Source: the human T2T-CHM13v2.0 reference genome, Homo sapiens. From it: a stretch of DNA of 64,000 nucleotides. This document shows, piece by piece, positions 29,325 to 42,639 of this stretch. Where the stretch lies: assembly GCF_009914755.1 (NCBI RefSeq), contig NC_060932.1; one strand, given 5' to 3'. The position numbers were made by a program, and so were the translations under genes. The stretch's first letter is position 1. Each line of letters starts with the position of its first letter. Below the pieces are notes generated by a model, which saw only the letters and a program-made list of their open reading frames with translations, was not told the DNA's origin and searched no databases.

Positions 29325-29864
29325 AGTAGTCATAGTTTATAAAAATGAAAAAACTCTACTGGCAAGGAAGGGTGAAAAACCTCTGCCTTGGTCTAAATTC
29401 CTTGATTGAATGCTGGTTGTGTTGTCTGGGAGGAATTTCTTTGTACAAAAATCCTCATTGCTCCCAGCTTTGCCCTCTTGGGGATTCTTGTCTATTATTA
29501 TCTGTGGCTATGTCTGAAATCGGTGTTGGAGAAAATGCCCTTCCTGGGTTCTGCCCAGCATTCCCAGCCTACTTTCTGCACACGCCTTTGGGAGATAAGC
29601 AGGTTGCTTTATTCATGTAACAATTATATGGCTTTGAAGGCCAGGGTTGTAGTTGCATTGGTAAAGTAATTTCCTCAAAACTTACCAGAGTTCTGGTCTG
29701 TTTACCTCCAGACACTTTTATGTGAAAGTTAAAATAGCCATTATCTTGTCTGGTCATGATTCTGAGCATATTTACTAACTGTTCTCTCTGCTTAACTCAC
29801 TTCTGTCTTTCTCCGTTGAATGGTGGCTATTGTGAAGCAATGTGAAGCAGTAGGCTTAGGCATG

Positions 29865-30900
29865 GAGGTTAATCAGTCTCTAGTTGCCAGCAATCACAAA
29901 ATCTCAGTGGCATACAACAGGAAGCATTCATTCACTCATGTGTCTACTACTGGCTGAGCTTTAGCTGATCTAGGCTGTGTTCAGCTGGATGACTTAAATC
30001 TAAGCTATGGGGTTGAGGCCATGTTTATTTCATCCTCTTTGGGTAGCATGTTAGCAGAGGTTCCCCTAATGGGACTTGCAGAAGACAGCCTCAAATATTT
30101 GCTATGCTTCTCAAAGCTTATGCTTAGATCTAGCCACTACCACTTTTTTTTTGGCGGAATATATATATATACAGACACACATATATATATATGTATATAT
30201 TCCTTTGTGTCTTCTAGTTATAGGAATTTGTAGTCACAGCTTGATTCATAGCACAGATCTTATTTATCTTCATTTCACCTACAGGCCCTACCACAGCCTT
30301 TATTTTTTAATTTTTATTTTTTTTTAATTTCCATAGGTTTTCGGAAACAGGTGGTATTTGGTTACACAAGTTCTTCAGTGGTGATTTGTAAGATTTTGGT
30401 GTACCCATCACCCAAGCAGTGTACACTGAACCCAGTTTGTAGTCTTTTGTCCTTCACCCCTGTCCTACCCTTTCCCTCCAAGTCCCCAAAGTCCATAGTA
30501 TCATTTTTATGCCTTCACATCTTCATAGCTTATCTCCTACTTATGAATGCAAACATATGATATTTGATTTTTCCATTCCTGAGTTACTTCACTTAGAATA
30601 ATAGTCTTTGATCCCATCCAGGTTGCTGCGAATGCCATTACTTCATTCTTTTTTATGGCTAAGTAGTATTCCATCATTTATATAAACACAGATTCTTTAT
30701 CTGCTCATTGATTAATGGGCATTTGGGCTCGTTCCATATTTTTGCAATTGCGAATTTGGCCACTATCACTTTTGTCCACATTTCATTGGCTAAAGCTGGT
30801 CACATTGCCAAGCCCAAGGGGAAATGGGAGAACATGCCCACCTTTAGCATGACGGATATCAAATCATATGACAAAGGACACAGGGAAATAGATACATCTA
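29865..30900 (-). mobile_element. Old MLT1-family LTR split by an L1PB insertion
   Basis: ATCTCAGTGGCATACAAC at left and CACATTTCATTGGCTAAAGC...GTCACATTGCCAAGCCCAA at right; halves rejoin across the TSD. Confidence 0.65.
30148..30758 (-). mobile_element. 5'-truncated L1PB1/2 with an extra ~146-bp segment beyond its poly(A) (putative 3' transduction)
   Basis: L1PB 3'UTR at 30299-30757; TSD GCCACTA(C/T)CACTTTT at 30133-30147 and 30759-30773 encloses both the L1 and 30153-30298. Confidence 0.85.
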
Positions 30901-32183
30901 CCACAAGGAACAACACCATTTTGTCTCTGACAGAGGACATTCAATGGGAGCTTCTCTTATTCTTGTTGTTTAACTGTTCCAAACTTCTAAGCCCTGAAAT
31001 TTCTAGCCTGTCAGTCAAGTTAAGTGAAAGAAAAGTCTCCTTTGAGTAGCTGTATTTCCTCCATTACTGCTTGTAGAGGTACACTTTCCTGACTTTCTCT
31101 TACCTACTTTCTTAAAAGTATCAAGGAGAAGGTAACACACACAAATATTCCAATCACTTTCTTAGCCAATATCACATATTGTATGTATTATTTTGACCCC
31201 AGCCTATGCTCCACGACCTTGGATACCAAATACTCTAGATGTTAATGTTTGGTGAAGGAAAAATCATTCCAGGTATTGTGAGAATTTAAAATAAAAGAAT
31301 TTAATACAGGGAACTCAATACTTCCATAAGACATAGAAGAATAGGAGTCTGGGCTACCACTGCTTTAAAGAATTTAAGGACAACTGTTACAGCTGCAATC
31401 CAGAAATCAGGAGACTGTAGCTGTTGCCATAGCACTGCCTGTTAATACAGGAAAAGCTGGTGACCAGAGGCAAATGCTGAGTATGCCACAAGTAAAGACA
31501 AACATCATGTTGACCTTGGTTGCTCAAAAAACAAACAAAATAAATAAATAAATAAAATAACAAGAAGTTGTCCTTGCTTTAATTAGCCTGTACAGTATCT
31601 GCATCAGCACACTGGCTAAAATCTATACACATGCAAAATCCTAGCTAAAGGTGAGGCAAATCTTTGAAATATACTTTTCTCTGCAGTTCAAGAAGAGGCA
31701 GAGAAGAGGGTGGGGAAGGTGGCTATTTGCCAATGGACTATATCTGGTATGTACAACAAAGGAAGCAATATCATCTCTCAAATCCTGAAATTGGGCTGTA
31801 TTATGGAATAAATAAATTAGAAAATCAAATGATAAAAGATGGCCAATTTTGTGCATAAAGAATTAGCAATGAAGAAAATATCAATGATGTTTCATAAAAG
31901 AACTCTGTATTGTATCAGAAATCAAGAACACATATTTCAAAAAATAAATATATATACCATCATGGAGAATATTTAGAAATGTATATATTTTCATGGATTT
32001 TTTATATGTACCTCTCAGAAGAGATTAAGAGAATCTACAAATTTAATGACAATCATAATTTAATCAAATCTAGAAAAATGAAAATGGTGCAAATTCATAG
32101 TTGACACTTTTTTGAAATTTATTTTCATTAGTTTTGATAATCTTATCTGAAATGCTGATGTATCATTATAATAGAATACATTA

Positions 32184-32698
<515 letters not shown>

Positions 32699-33499
32699 TT
32701 ATGTTTCTATTCATTTTCGTATGAATATATTGACGTATGTGATATACGTAGCTTGCCATTTTTTCTTGGATTTTTTTTCAATTGACAACGTTCGTCTTGA
32801 CTAATATTAAATATTATTTTTATTCTTTTATAGGCAGTACTCAATACACAAACATACACGCACACAACTCCTTAAACTTCATAGCTAGAAGGGAAATACT
32901 GGTAAAATGGTTCACAGAATTTAAATTTTCATTGTTCCATCAAATAGCCTTTAAAATTATCAATTTATATTTAAAAGAAAGAGAATAAAAGTACTTTATT
33001 TTCTATATACTGCTAACACTAACTTAACCAAATTTCCCAATGTTTGCCAAATTTATAAAAACCAAAATTATTATCATTGAGGTTTTAGTTTGCATTACCC
33101 TTATTATCAGTGAAGTTGAATAGCTTTTCACATTTTTATCATGTTTTTTTCTCTTGTTCTCGAAATTGCCTGTTTATTACAATTTGCCTTTTGGATTTTG
33201 AGGTTTTAACTTTTTAGTAACTTATTAGAACTATAATAGATGTGGATGTATATAAAATATGCTCATATATATGGTCATATATATATGGTCATATATATAT
33301 AGTCATTTATATATGTAAATAAAACAAATATCTTGCCACATTTTCCTTTTCCTGTTTCAGTTTGCTTTGCAGTGATTTAAAAGATTTCTGTGCTCAAATG
33401 TCTCAAGTATATTAATCTTTTCCTTTATGATTATTGTGATGCTTAGTACCATAATTATAGATAACTCTTCTTTAATTCACGAATTTGAGTGATATGTAT

Positions 33500-34450
33500 T
33501 TTTAATCAACTAATAATTTACATACAATAAAATGCACATTTTAAATATATAGTTCAATGAGTTCTGACACAGATATATGCCTATTTAACCAAATTCCTAA
33601 TCAAGGTAGAGACTATTTCCATCATCACGGAAGCCCTTGGCATCGGATAGCAAGTCAATCCTTGCTATTCCCTGCTCCAGTCAACCACTGAATAGATTCT
33701 ATAAGAATAGATTAATTTCACCTATTCTAGGATTTTATGTAAATGAAATCATGCAGTATGTACTATTTTATGTCTAATTTTTTCCCTCAGCATAGAGATT
33801 TTCAGATTTATCCATCCATGCTACTGCATTTATCAGTAGCTCATTTCTTTTTATTTCTGAGTATTGTTCCATATCATGAATGTAGCAGTTTAGTAATACA
33901 TTCACCCGTTAGTGGACATTTGAATTGTTTTCAGTGTTTACTATCATGAGTAAAGCTGCTGTGAACATTTATATATAAATGTTTCTGTGAAATGTGTCTT
34001 TATTTCTCTTGGGAAAAGACCCAGGAGAGAGATTACTGAGATATATGGTAAGTAGATGTTCAGTTTTATAAGAAATTGACAAAGTTTCTCAAAGTGGTTG
34101 TACTATTTTACACTACAATCAGAAATAAATGGGTTCCAGTTGCTTCAAATTCTTGTCCTCACTTGGTATCACCTTTTTTTTTTGTCATTCTAATAGGTGT
34201 GAAATGATTTCAATTTGCACTTCCTTGAAGATTAATAGAATTGAGCAGCTTTTTATGTGCTAATTGGCAATTTGTACATCATCTTTGATGAACTGTCTGC
34301 TCAATTCTTTGTCTATTTACTTATTTATTTATTTATTATTTTTATTATTATTGAGATGTAAGAATCTACCATATATTCTAGATTTTAGTATTTTGTCGGA
34401 TAGCACAAATATTTTCTCCCAGTTTGTAGCTTATCATTATATTTTTAACC
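33500..34450 (-). mobile_element. L1ME-type 3' end
   Basis: TATAATTTACATACAATAAAATGCAC...AGTTCAATGAGTT followed by reverse ORF2 C-terminal relic. Confidence 0.75.
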
Positions 34451-34839
34451 ACGTATTTTACTTTTTAATATATAATTTAAAATTTGCCCTTTAAATCATA
34501 ATTTAAATTAAAATTTATAATTTAAAGTGTAATCATTTTTAAGTGTACAATTCAGAGACATTAATTACATTCACAGTGTTGAGCAACCATCAGAACTATG
34601 TATTCCCAAAACATTTTTATCACTCCAAACAGAAACTCTATAAACATTAAGCAATAACTCTACATTCTTCCTGCCTCCCAGCACCTGGCACCCTTTAATC
34701 TATTTTCTGTCCCAATGGATTGTCTATTCTAGATATTTCATGTCAGTGCAATGATACAATATTTGTGCTTTGATGTCTGGTTTCTTTTGCTTAGCATAAT
34801 GTTTTTAAAGTTTATTCATGTTGTAGCATCTTTGAGAGA

Positions 34840-35172
34840 TTTGTTTGTTTGTTTGTTTGTTTGTTTATTTATTTATTTATTTATTTATTTTGAGATGGAG
34901 TCTTGCTCTGTCGCCCACGATGGAGTGCAGTGGCGCTGTCTCGGCTCACTGCAGGCTCCGCCTCCCGGGTTCACGCCATTCTCCTGCCTCAGCCTCCTGA
35001 GTAGCTGGGACTACAGGCGCCCGCCAACGAGCCCGGCTAATGTTTTGTGTTTTTAGTAGAGACGGGGTTTCACCATGGTAGCCAGGATGGTCTCGATCTC
35101 CTGACCTTGTGATCTGCCCGCCTCGGCCTCCCAAAGTGCTGGGATTACAGGCGTGAGCCACTGCGCCTGGCT
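34840..35172 (-). mobile_element. AluY with compound (TTTG)n(TTTA)n tail
   Basis: AluY diagnostics GGGTTCACGCCATTCTCC and GGCGCCCGCC; many CpGs retained. Confidence 0.95.
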
Positions 35173-35963
35173 TATTTCCTTTCAATGGCTAAATTATATG
35201 CATATTATGTGATATATATGTATCACATAACATGGTTATAAATAGCACATTTTGCTTATCCATTCAACATTTGGGTTGTTTCTGTCTTTTGGCTACTGTA
35301 ATTAATGCTGCAAGGAACACTGGCATTCAAGTACTATACCTGTTTGAGTCCTTGTTTTTAATTCTTTTGGGTACATACCTAAGAGTGGAATTTCTAACTC
35401 ATATGTAATTCTATGTTTAGCTTTTTGAGGAATCACCAAACTGTTTTCCCTAGTAGCTGTACCACGTTACATCCCCATCTGTAATGTATGAGGGTTCTAA
35501 TTTCTTTACATCTTCACCAACACTCATTACTTTACTTTGCTTTTAGATAATAGCCATCTAATGAGTGTGAAGTGGTACTCATTGTGATTTTGATTTGCAT
35601 TTTTCAAAGACTAGTGATGTGTTGAGCATCTCTTCATATGATTCTTGGCCATTAGTATATCTTTATGGAAGAAATGTCTACTGAAGTCCTTTACCCATTT
35701 TTAAATTGGATAGCTTGTCTTTTTGTTGTTGCATTATAGTAGTTCCTTATATATTTTGAATATTAAACTCTCATCAGATATATAATTTGCAAATATTTCT
35801 CCCATTCCATAGGACATTTTCACTTTCTTTATAATGTCTTTTGATGCACAAAAGTTTTAATTGTGATTATGTCCAAATTATCTATTTTTCCTTTGTTACC
35901 TAAACCTTCGTTGTCAAAGCTAAAAATTCATAGGAAATCCATTGTTATAAATATTTATGTTAT

Positions 35964-36265
35964 GGCTGGGTGCGGTGGCTCACACCTGTAATCCCAGCAC
36001 TTTGGGAGGCCAAGGCGGGCGGATCACAAGGTCAGGAGGTCGAGACCATCCTGGCTAACATGGTGAAACCCCGTCTCTACTTAAAAAAAAAAAATACAAA
36101 AAATTAGCCGGGTGTGGTGGCGGGCGCCTGTAGTCCCAGCTACTTGGGAGGCTGAGGCAGGAGAATGGCGTGAACCTGGGAAGGTGGAGCTTGCAGTGAG
36201 CTGAGATCGCACCACTGCACTCCAGCCTGGGCGACAGAGCGAGACTCTGTCTCAAAAAAAAAAAA
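35964..36265 (+). mobile_element. AluY
   Basis: GAGAATGGCGTGAACC, GGAGCTTGCAG, GACCATCCTGGCTAAC; TSD approximately ATTTA(T/C)GTTAT. Confidence 0.95.
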
Positions 36266-37798
36266 AATTTACGTTATTATGTTTTCTTCCATGAGATTTA
36301 TGGTTTTAACTCATATATTTAGGTCATTGATCCATTTTGAGTTACCTTTTGCATATGCAGTGGGAGTTAGGGATCCCACTTCATTCTTTTGCATGTGGAA
36401 ATTCAATTGACCCAGCACCAGCTTTTGAATGTGCTATTATTTCCCCATTGAATGAACTTGATAACCTTGCCAAAAATTTTCACAGGTCCTTTAATACAAT
36501 ACTAAATAAAAGTAGTGAGAGTAAATATCCTTACCTTATTATCAATCTTAGGGATGCGTTTGTTTTCAACATTAAATATTGTGTTAACTGTAGATTTTTT
36601 GTACACGCTGTTTATCGTGTTGAGGAAATTTCTTTCCCTTTCTAATCGGTTTGTTTGTGTGTCTTGAAGAAGTGTTAAAGTTTTCCAGATAAATCTTTTA
36701 TGATTTATTAATCTTGTTTTTTTGAGAATTAAGGAAAATATGTTAAGGTCTCCTAATTCCATTAACCTTCCCTTACACTGTCAACATTTATATATACATA
36801 TATATATTTTATATATATTTGTGCATTATGTTCAGCATATATATATGCACAAATATTCATAATGCACAAATATTTCTAAAATTTATGTCTTTATTGTAGA
36901 ATATATTATTTCTCAATAAAATGCTATTTCTTTTTGAATATTATTTTTAAATAATTTTTAATACTTCTAATAAGTATGGTATTAATATTATATATTTCTG
37001 TCTCTTTTTGTCTCTCTCTGGCATCTCTTTCCAACTTCTTTTTAATTCAACATTTCTTGTAGACAGTATGTCTTTTTATTTAATCTGAGACTTTTTTAAA
37101 TATATGCTTTAGGTTTAATGTCAAAATTTATGAACATAATTAATATGTGTGGTGTAATAGGTACAATGAAAGAAAGAAAGGAACTTGGCACTGCAGAGAT
37201 AGAGAACACACAGCTTTTCAAGAACAAACAGAACATATAAAAATAGATCAAGAATTATGTCTGCAAAAAAATTCCAATAATTCCTAAAACAAAATTAATA
37301 TAGTCCATATTCCCTGAATATAGTGTAATAAAATTAGAAGTTTAAAACAGCTCTGCAGGTAGAACTTCAGAAATGATCCTCTAAATAAATTGTGGTATAA
37401 AGACAAAGTCTAAACTAAAATTAACAACTATCTTGATGCTAAAAGACATTAAAGGCAGCATCTGTCAAGAGTTATATTATCTTGCAAAAGTGGTACTGAG
37501 CTAAAAAGTTATAGCATAAAAATGCATATACTTTAAAAAATAAAGCTAATAAATTATGCATGTGAAGTAAAAACCTAGAAGAGAAAAAAAGTAAGAAAAA
37601 TAAAAGGAATTACTAGAGATAAACATAGAAACTAAATTGCAAACAGAAATAAAAAGTAAAGATGATCAAGAAAATTAAAAACAAACTTTAAAATTATCAA
37701 TAAGATGGCCAAACTTAGATACTTTCACCAGTTAAAAATACAAACAAATAATGCCAGGAATGAGAAAATAAATACCATTTTAGATATAGAGGCAACCT

Positions 37799-38180
37799 TG
37801 TATTAGTCCATTCTCACACTGCTATAAAGAACTACCTGAAACTGGGTAATTTATGGAGAACAGAGGTCTAATTGACTCACAGTTCTGCAGGCTGTACAGG
37901 AAGCATGGCTGGGGAGGCCTCAGGAAAGTTACAATCATGGTGGACGGCAAAGGAGACACAGGCACATCTTACCATGCTGAAACAGGAGAGAGAGAGCAAA
38001 GGGGAAAGAGCTACACACTTCTAAACAATCAGATCTCATGAGAACCCACTATCACGAGAACAGCAAGGGGGAAATCTGCTCCCGTGATCTAACCACCACC
38101 TCCCACCAGGTCCTTCCCCCAACACTGGGAATTAAATTCAACATGAGATTTGGGTGATGACACAGAGCCAAACCATATCA
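37799..38180 (-). mobile_element. MSTA-like MaLR solo LTR
   Basis: TGTATTAGTCCATTCTCACACTGCTATAAAG...CCAAACCATATCA termini; 5-bp TSD AACCT/AACAT. Confidence 0.9.
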
Positions 38181-38857
38181 AACATAAGTACGGTTTATGT
38201 TATAAATTAAGCATCTTAGTAAGAATTATTTGCTAGTGACACAAATGACAAAAGTTCACCTAAGGAATAGCAGAAATATTGATAATGTCAGGGGAAATAT
38301 TGAGAGCTTATTGCCCACGATAAAGGGAAATCAGGTGCAGGATGTTTTATGGGTGAGGCTAACTGTACCTTTATAGAGATAACTTCTTTGTTATGTAATG
38401 TTTTTCGACTGACATAAAGAAATAGAATTTTTTTCAAATAATTTTATGGGAGTAATATAACACTGATATCAAGATTTAACAAAAAAAGCACAGAAAAGAA
38501 AACTTGTGAATACAGATATGAAAATTATAAATGAACTATTCACAAATTAATTTCAGGAATGTGTTAGCAGACTAATATTAATACATTATGCCCAAAAGGT
38601 GTATACTGGGAGTGCAAAAGTATTTCAAATTATGAAACATGTGCATTAATTTAATTAGTACATTAACAAAAGAGAACAGTGAATAAACATCTCAATATGG
38701 ATGAATAAATCATTTGATTCATTACAATATTTGTTACTGACTCAGAAGAAAGAAGCTCTTAGTAAGCGAGTTATAGAAATATACTCTTGAAAGTGACTTA
38801 AAAAAATCTACCAGAAGCCTTAAGAAAACTTCATAAATAATAGTGAAATATTTTAAG

Positions 38858-39323
38858 CGTGGTAGGTTTAACAATGTCCCCTCCCCGCAAAAATGTCTTA
38901 ATTCCCGGAACTTGTGAATGTGTTACTTTACGTGTTAAAAGAGGGTTTGCAGATGTGATTAAGTTAAGAACCTTGAGACTGAGAGATTATTCTGAATTAT
39001 CTGGGTGATAGGAATTTAGACAGAGGTGAAGGCAATGTGATGATGGAAGCAAGCAAGAGGTTGGAGCGTTATGAAGAAGAAGCGTTGACCCAAGGAATGC
39101 AGGTGGCTTATAGCAGCTGATAGAGACAAGGAACAGATCCTCCCTTGCAGAAGGGAGAGCATGTTCCCCTCAGAAGGAACCAGCCCTGCAGACACTTTGA
39201 TTATAGCCCTGTACATCACATTCTGAATTCAGACCTCCAGAACTGTAAGGAAATACAGTTGTGGTGGGTTAAGTTACAAAGTTTGTGGTAATATGTTATA
39301 GTGGTAGCAGGAAAGCTAATACG
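38858..39323 (+). mobile_element. MLT1D-like MaLR solo LTR
   Basis: TTTGCAGATGTGATTAAGTTAAG, CAGAAGGAACCAGCCCTGC, GACCTCCAGAACTGTAAG, CTAATAC end. Confidence 0.8.
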
Positions 39324-40662
39324 AAGATAATCTGCAGTAAATCAGAAATAAGAAAAGGTTCCCAGCTACCACGTCAATATTGATGTTTGCTGAAGATGCT
39401 ATTCCATGCAATAAAATAAAAGCAAAATGTGTGTATGTGTGTGTATATACACATACACACATATATATATAGACACATATACAAGCACATATATATACAC
39501 ACATGACAAAGATAAAGTTATTGTCCACCAAAAGAAAAAAATCAGCAAGAATCAATAAAAAACTGTAAGAACTAGTAAGAGTCCAGGAAAGTAGCCAGAT
39601 TAAAATAAATCAATATTAAAAAATTAATAGCTTTCTTATACACCAGCAATGATGAATTTAAAATGTAATAGAAAAATGAGTCCATTTAGAACAGCCACAA
39701 AACTCATTAAATACTTATGGTTAGGCCTGACAAGAAAACTTGTAAAACCTATTTAGAATATAGAAGTCTATTGAAGGTCATAACACAGGCCCTGAAAAAA
39801 AGAAAAAGTTATACTATGTTCTTGGTTAAGAAGTATTCAGTATTTGAAAGAGGTAAACTCTCCCCAAAATTATTCTATATGTTAAAATTTATCTGAAAAT
39901 TAAACTCTAAATATAATTTCTAAGGAATGTATAGGATTACTTTAAATTCATTATGGAAAAAATATTCGCAAAACACTAAGACAACATTTGAAAGGAAGAC
40001 CAGTGAGAAACTAATCCCACCAATTATCAAAACATATTACAGAATTATAGCAATTTAAACAGTGTGGTTATTGCAGGAAACAGTAAGAAAATTGATGGTA
40101 CATAATATAGAGTTCAGAAATATTCATGTTTTTATAATGATTCAACTTATAAAAATGGATGGACTATATCACATTGATATTTTGACAACTGATTATCAAT
40201 CTGGAAAGTTTTATTTAGCTCTCTGTATAACCTCACTAGAAATAATGTACTATGGGCAGGTTAAGAAGCTAAATACTGAACAAGTCTCTGAAATTTTGGA
40301 AGAAAATACATGAAAATATTACGTATCTTGGAACTGTAATGCTTTTCTAATAATAATACAAATCTAAACATGACAAGAGACATAATCAGCAAACTCAACT
40401 GCACATGAATTATAAATTATGTTTGGTTAAACAGATGGAAAAAAATATTTGCACCATGTATGAAAAATAAAACATTAATCTTAAATACATTAGAATCCTA
40501 CAAAACAACAAGAAAGGATAGACAGGTTAATAGAAAAATAAGCAAAGGATTTGAAGCAATTTACACACACATACTGACACAAATACAGATGTCAACATTG
40601 GTAGTACTCACATTAGATTAGCAAAAATATAAATAAATGATAAATAATTAAGGGCTGGCAAG

Positions 40663-42290
40663 GTGTTCTGGTTATAATTTACTATGTGACAAATTACCCC
40701 TAAATTAACAGCTTTAAGCAACGAATGTTTATTACCTCATTGTTTCTGTGGATCAGGAGTCTGAGAGGTGTTTGGCTGGGTGTTCCTCACTCAAGGCCTC
40801 TCATCAGATTATAGTCAAGCTGTTGGCTGGGGCTGCAGTCATCAGGACTCGCCTGGATCTGGATGACCCATTTCTAAGCTCACTCACCTGGTGTTGGTGA
40901 GGCTGCAGCTTCTTGTGAAAGGCTGGACTGAGTGTCTCAGTTCCTTGGGTGTGCCATGCCACATGGGCCTCTCTATAGGGCAGCTCACAATATAGCCATC
41001 TTGATTCCCCCAGCATGAGAGGAAGGAAGAGAGAAGGAGAGGGAGAAAGAGAATGTGTGTGTGTGTTTGTGTGTGAAAGAGAATGTGTGTGTGTGAGAGA
41101 AAGAGAATGAGAATGTATGTATCTGTGTGTGTGAGAGAGAGAAATAATGAGAAAGTGTGTATGTGTGTGTGACAGAGAGGCAGAGAGAGACGGGAAGAGA
41201 AGGAGGGAGACGGAAAGGAGATGTGTGTTTGTGAGAGAGAGAGGAAGAAAGATGGGGAAGGCGGAGAGAAAGAGAGTGAGAATGTGTGTATGTATCTGTG
41301 TGCATGTGTGTGACTGAGAAGGAGGGGGAGAAAGAATGAGAGTGAGATTATGTGTGTGTGTGAAAGAGGGAGTGAGGAAAGAGGGAGGGAGAGAAAGTGA
41401 GAGAGAGAATGTGAGTGTGAAAGAGGAGGGGCGAGAGAGAATGTGTGAGGAAGAAAGAGAGAAGGAGAGATGGGAGGGAGAGAAAGAAGTGAGAGAGAGA
41501 GAATGTGAGTGTGAAAGAGGAGGGGCGAGAGAGAATGTGTGAGGAAGAAAGAGAGAAGGAGAGATGGGAAGGGTAGAGGGAGAGAGAGAATGAAAGAGTG
41601 TGTAAGTGTGTGTATGTGTGTGTGTGAGCAAGAAGGAGAGGAGGAGAGAGAGAATGAGAATGAGATTATGCACGTGTGTGTGTATATGTGTGTGTGTGAA
41701 AGAGAGAGGAAGCCAAGGAAAGAGAGAGAAAATGCGTGTGTGTGGGGGGGAGAGATGACAGAGGAGAGAGAGATGAGTGAGAAAAAGGGGGAGAGAGAGA
41801 ATGTGTGTGTGAGAGAAGGAGGGAGAGAGAAAGTGTGTGAGAGAGAGAGAGGAAGAGAGATGGGGAGGGGAGAGAGAGAAAGGGAAAGAGAATGAAAACG
41901 TGTGTATGTATGCATCTGTGTGTGAGAGAGAGGGAAGGAGGGAGAGAGAATGTGTGTGAGAGACACAGAGGAGGGGGCAAGGGTGAGAGACAAAGAGAAT
42001 GTGTCTGTGTGAGAAAAGGGAGGGGTGGGGGGAGAGAGAGAAAGAGAATGAGAATGTCTGTATGCATGCCTATATGTGTATGTGAGAGAGAAAAAGGATG
42101 GGGGAAAGAGAGAGAGAGGGAGGAAGAAAGAAATTTGGAAGCCACAGTCTATTTATAGCATCCCATCACTGAGATATTCTATTTGTTAAAAGCCAGTCCG
42201 TAAATCTAGTCCACACTCACGGAAAGGGGATTACGCAGTATATGAATATTGGGATGCAGGGATCATCGAGACCCATTTTAGAAGCTTCAT
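40663..42290 (-). mobile_element. MLT1F/G-like LTR split by an internal simple-repeat expansion
   Basis: Left part (TTTCTGTGGATCAGGAG, GCTGGGGCTGCAGTCATC, CCACATGGGCCTCTC) and right part (GGAAGCCACAGTC, CCACACTCA, GGGATCA) flank 41017-42135. Confidence 0.7.
41017..42135. repeat. ~1.1-kb compound (GA)-rich / (GT)-rich low-complexity array with higher-order units
   Basis: Alternating homopurine and GT blocks, very few C on the + strand; near-perfect ~81-bp direct repeat at 41395-41475 / 41487-41569. Confidence 0.95.
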
Positions 42291-42639
42291 AATCTTCACT
42301 GGTAAATAGGCTATTGGAATTAAGCCAGAGAGCAGTTTGGTATTACCCACCAAAGCTTAAAGGGCACAAACCCTGAACAAAAATTCCTGAAAGTTTTCTT
42401 TATAAATCTGTTCCATAGACATATTTGCACAAGTGTTTAAAAATTCATACATAAGAATGTTCCCTGAAGAACTGTATTAGTGAATATTGAAAGCTCCCTC
42501 AATTCTAATTTACCATTAAACAAATACAGTTCAATGTATCTAGGAATTTGGTGCAATTGTTGGAGAGAAAGAGGTAGAATTATGTACTGAGAAGGAAAGT
42601 ACATTAGCTGTGTTCGTTTTTTAAAATTAAATATATTTT

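Larger units (their letters stand above)
34510..36480 (-). mobile_element. L1MB-type 3' portion interrupted by two AluY
   Basis: TTTTAAGTGTACAATTCAG...CATTCACAGTGTTG 3'UTR and reverse ORF2 (TTTTTGAGGAATCACCAAACTGTTTTCC). Confidence 0.8.
37180..40660 (+). mobile_element. Highly degenerate old L1M ORF2 body, host of the MSTA and MLT1D insertions
   Basis: A-rich strand with ORF2-like remnants (TAATAAAATTAGAAG, TAGCTTTCTTATACACCAGCAAT). Confidence 0.6.

Noticed and set aside
33264-33312. Three to four ATATATAT(G/A)GTC units
   Set aside because: Ordinary interrupted (TA)n slippage repeat; no spacers, not CRISPR-like
39427-39462. 14-bp hairpin ATGTGTGTATGTGT / ACACATACACACAT
   Set aside because: Self-complementarity is expected in (TG)(TA)(CA) compound microsatellites
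40804-42158. Long ORFs of 289 and 369 aa rich in S/L/H/T or E/R/V/C
   Set aside because: Artefact of stop-codon-poor GA/GT low-complexity sequence
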